From the human T2T-CHM13v2.0 reference genome, Homo sapiens, in the NCBI RefSeq assembly GCF_009914755.1, contig NC_060927.1: a DNA stretch of 64,000 bases; one strand, given 5' to 3'. A program made the position numbers and the translations under genes. This document shows, piece after piece, positions 61,516 through 64,000 of the stretch (its first letter is position 1; the number at the start of each line of letters is the position of its first letter). Below the pieces are notes generated by a model that saw only the letters and a program-made list of their open reading frames with translations, was not told the origin of the DNA and ran no database searches.

Positions 61516-64000
61516 TACATAAATAAAAGAAAATAGTAAACACTAAACTAAAACAATCTTTGGGACTATTAGAGGCACAAAAAGGGTTTTTAAGATCATT
61601 AAGTTAAAAGTCATTCTAATGCAGAGGAGGCACATCAGATGTAGAGTTTGAGTAATTCACCCAAGATTACACAGCTAATAAGTAACAGAATTGACACTAG
61701 GTTATGGAATTAGTGTTTGTGTTGGAAGGAGCACAAACAGGCATGCCTTGGTTTCAAAATCTGGCTGCAGCACCTGTTAGCGGCAAGTTTAAAAATATTG
61801 TTCAGCTTTCCTCATCTGTAAGATGGTGATTATACCCTCTACCTCCAAGATTGTTAGGAAAATTAAACAAGAAAATATATAAGAATGTCTCCTACCTGGT
61901 AGAGACTCAGTAAATGCTGGCTTTTCTTTCAGTTCAGTGCTCTTTCCACTGTGTCGGGCTGCCTACCTTTTACTGTTAATGCCTGCCAGTTTAGTGATTA
62001 AACAACAAATCAGAATCGTGAGGCTTTTTTTTTTATTCTATTTGTGTTTCAGAAACTTGTTCCTTCTTTCCCCACCCTCTCTTCTCCCTCTCCCGTACTT
62101 CCTTCTCATTTATCCTTCCACCTTTTTTCCTCCTTCATTCTTTGTCTGTCTTCTCCTCTCCCTCTTCCCTGTTTTATTCCCTTGGGCTGATGATGTATAT
62201 TTCTTTTTATATGTTATATTGCCTAATAAAGTGCTGGACATGTTGTAGGTATCCTGCTACCTATTAACTTCAAATATTTTTCTTAATTTTCCTGTGCCAT
62301 TCTTATATATCATTTTCTCTAACTTTGTGGAATCATGTACTCTTTCTTCTCTGTTTCTTCAGGCCAACTGGCCTCATGCAACTAGATCTTTACATATCAG
62401 AAACTGACATCTTAAAAAGGAGCTTAAGAATAAGAGCTGGCAATAAAATTACAGATTATTCTCAGCTCACAAATGACTTGTTTATGCAGCTAGTCAGAGA
62501 AGGGTTTCCCTCTCATAGGACAAGAAACATTCAACTCTTCAGTGACAGTGAATGTCATGATACTCATGATGCAGAATAGGAGGAAGAGGCTGCTTGCTTT
62601 AGAATATATTACCTGTGTGACTAAGAGAGGATTCTCTTTTGGGAAGGCACCTGTGACAGATGAGATGTATTTCCAGTGATCTGAGAGTAGTGAGTCATAA
62701 ATAGGACAGGTAAATTTCTACTCTAGTTTTTAGCAGCATTGTTAGTTAAATAGAGTTTGGTTAGGGAAGCCTGGAAATCAAATCAGCATTTACAACACAA
62801 TGCCATTGTGATTGTTGAATGAGGGAATGAATTTGTCAAACCAATAAACTCCTAAATAAACTTTGTAGGCAACCCTCTTTTAGAATTTGGGACTTGTTTT
62901 AGTGGTGTTTGTATGTATTATATGTATGTACATATGTACATCTATATACATATTCATAAATTGTGTACAAAACTAAAAATTATGGAAATTGTAAAGTAGA
63001 AATTTCACCAGAAGTCTACTGATTCGTTTCTGGATGGTAAGTAAACTCTCTTAAAATTTTGTGCCAGATATTATCTGTCCTTTTTCTGGGGAGAGGACAT
63101 AAAAGATACACAGTTACAAAGATTCTTAAAGGGAGGGTAATGGTTCTCAAAAGGTAAGAGCTTCAGCTATAGGATGTATAGATGTATTTCTGTATGTACA
63201 TATATATTTTTTGAGTATCAAACTGTTATGCATTGCCTTAACATTTTATTTATGTCTGGTGTGGAATCTGTGGTAATTAGGACTACTTGATAGAATTATG
63301 GTAATCATTTGTGGTGTGCAATATTGAATACTTTGTCATAATTTTATATCTTAAGCCATTCCTGGTAATATATGGATTTGCCAGGAATTTGATACAATTC
63401 ATAGATAAAACATATCCAGAGATTTGGATGATTTGTCTCTTAACCTAAATTCTTCCTGCAGTTTAAGGAACATTTGAGTATTCCAGTTAGTACCTGAATT
63501 TTATATTTGGCTTTTAATCTGTGTATTTAATACTATAAGAATTTCTGTTTTCCCATCATTTTTATCTTAAATTTAACCAAAAAAGAACTAAAATACATTA
63601 TTTCCCTAGTGTCATTTTCCATGTGATTTGAATGAACTATAAATGCTGTATATTCACATAAAGATTTTGATCTTCAATTACATTTTATCCAAAGTATTCA
63701 AAAGAAAGTTGGGAAGATACGTATTTGTTATCAGGACCAATTTATTTTAAAATTTTATATGTTTTAACTTCATGTATTCATAGACATATAAAGATGAACT
63801 TTCAATAGGCCTCCTTCGATTGTATTTTTTTAATACAGTTACCACTCGTATTTTTTTAATACAGTTACAAACTCTTTAATAAAATACAGCTGTGTACTTT
63901 ACTATTTTCTTTAAAATTAGATGTATCGATTGTCTTTACAGTTTGAATTCCAAGACATGAATGAGAAGCTTATCAAAAACTGTAATGTGGTTACATTCTA

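Noticed and set aside
62320-62580. Possible RASA2 exon 4 after the pyrimidine tract and cag at 62362
   Set aside because: The downstream translation does not continue the C2 domain (expected from memory to begin GKVAI...), so exon 4 probably lies beyond the window.

Overview
This is human (primate) genomic DNA, most likely the 5' part of RASA2 (GAP1m, 3q23) plus about 22 kb upstream. A CpG-island promoter (~22.4-23.8 kb) precedes coding exon 1 (ATG at 22779). Exon 2 (47851-47968) and exon 3 (52016-52119) splice in frame to give the N-terminus and first C2 domain. The rest is intergenic or intronic and rich in repeats (about 25 Alus, L1, L2, MIR, CR1/L3, MaLR LTRs, DNA transposon fossils). There are two processed retrocopies. 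One is a decayed KRT18 pseudogene nested in an L1. The other is an antisense MSANTD5-like (Myb/SANT) retrocopy in intron 3 whose ~214-codon frame is broken only by one extra A in an A7 run. Other notable structures are a non-Alu ~200-bp-arm inverted repeat in intron 1 that keeps octamer and E-box motifs in both arms, a compact ETS/RUNX/CRE motif cluster in intron 1, a ~290-bp Alu-derived GAA tract, and a target site hit twice (Alu then L1, or the reverse) just upstream of exon 3. Family and gene names are from memory, not from searches. Most ORFs in the track are repeat-derived artefacts.
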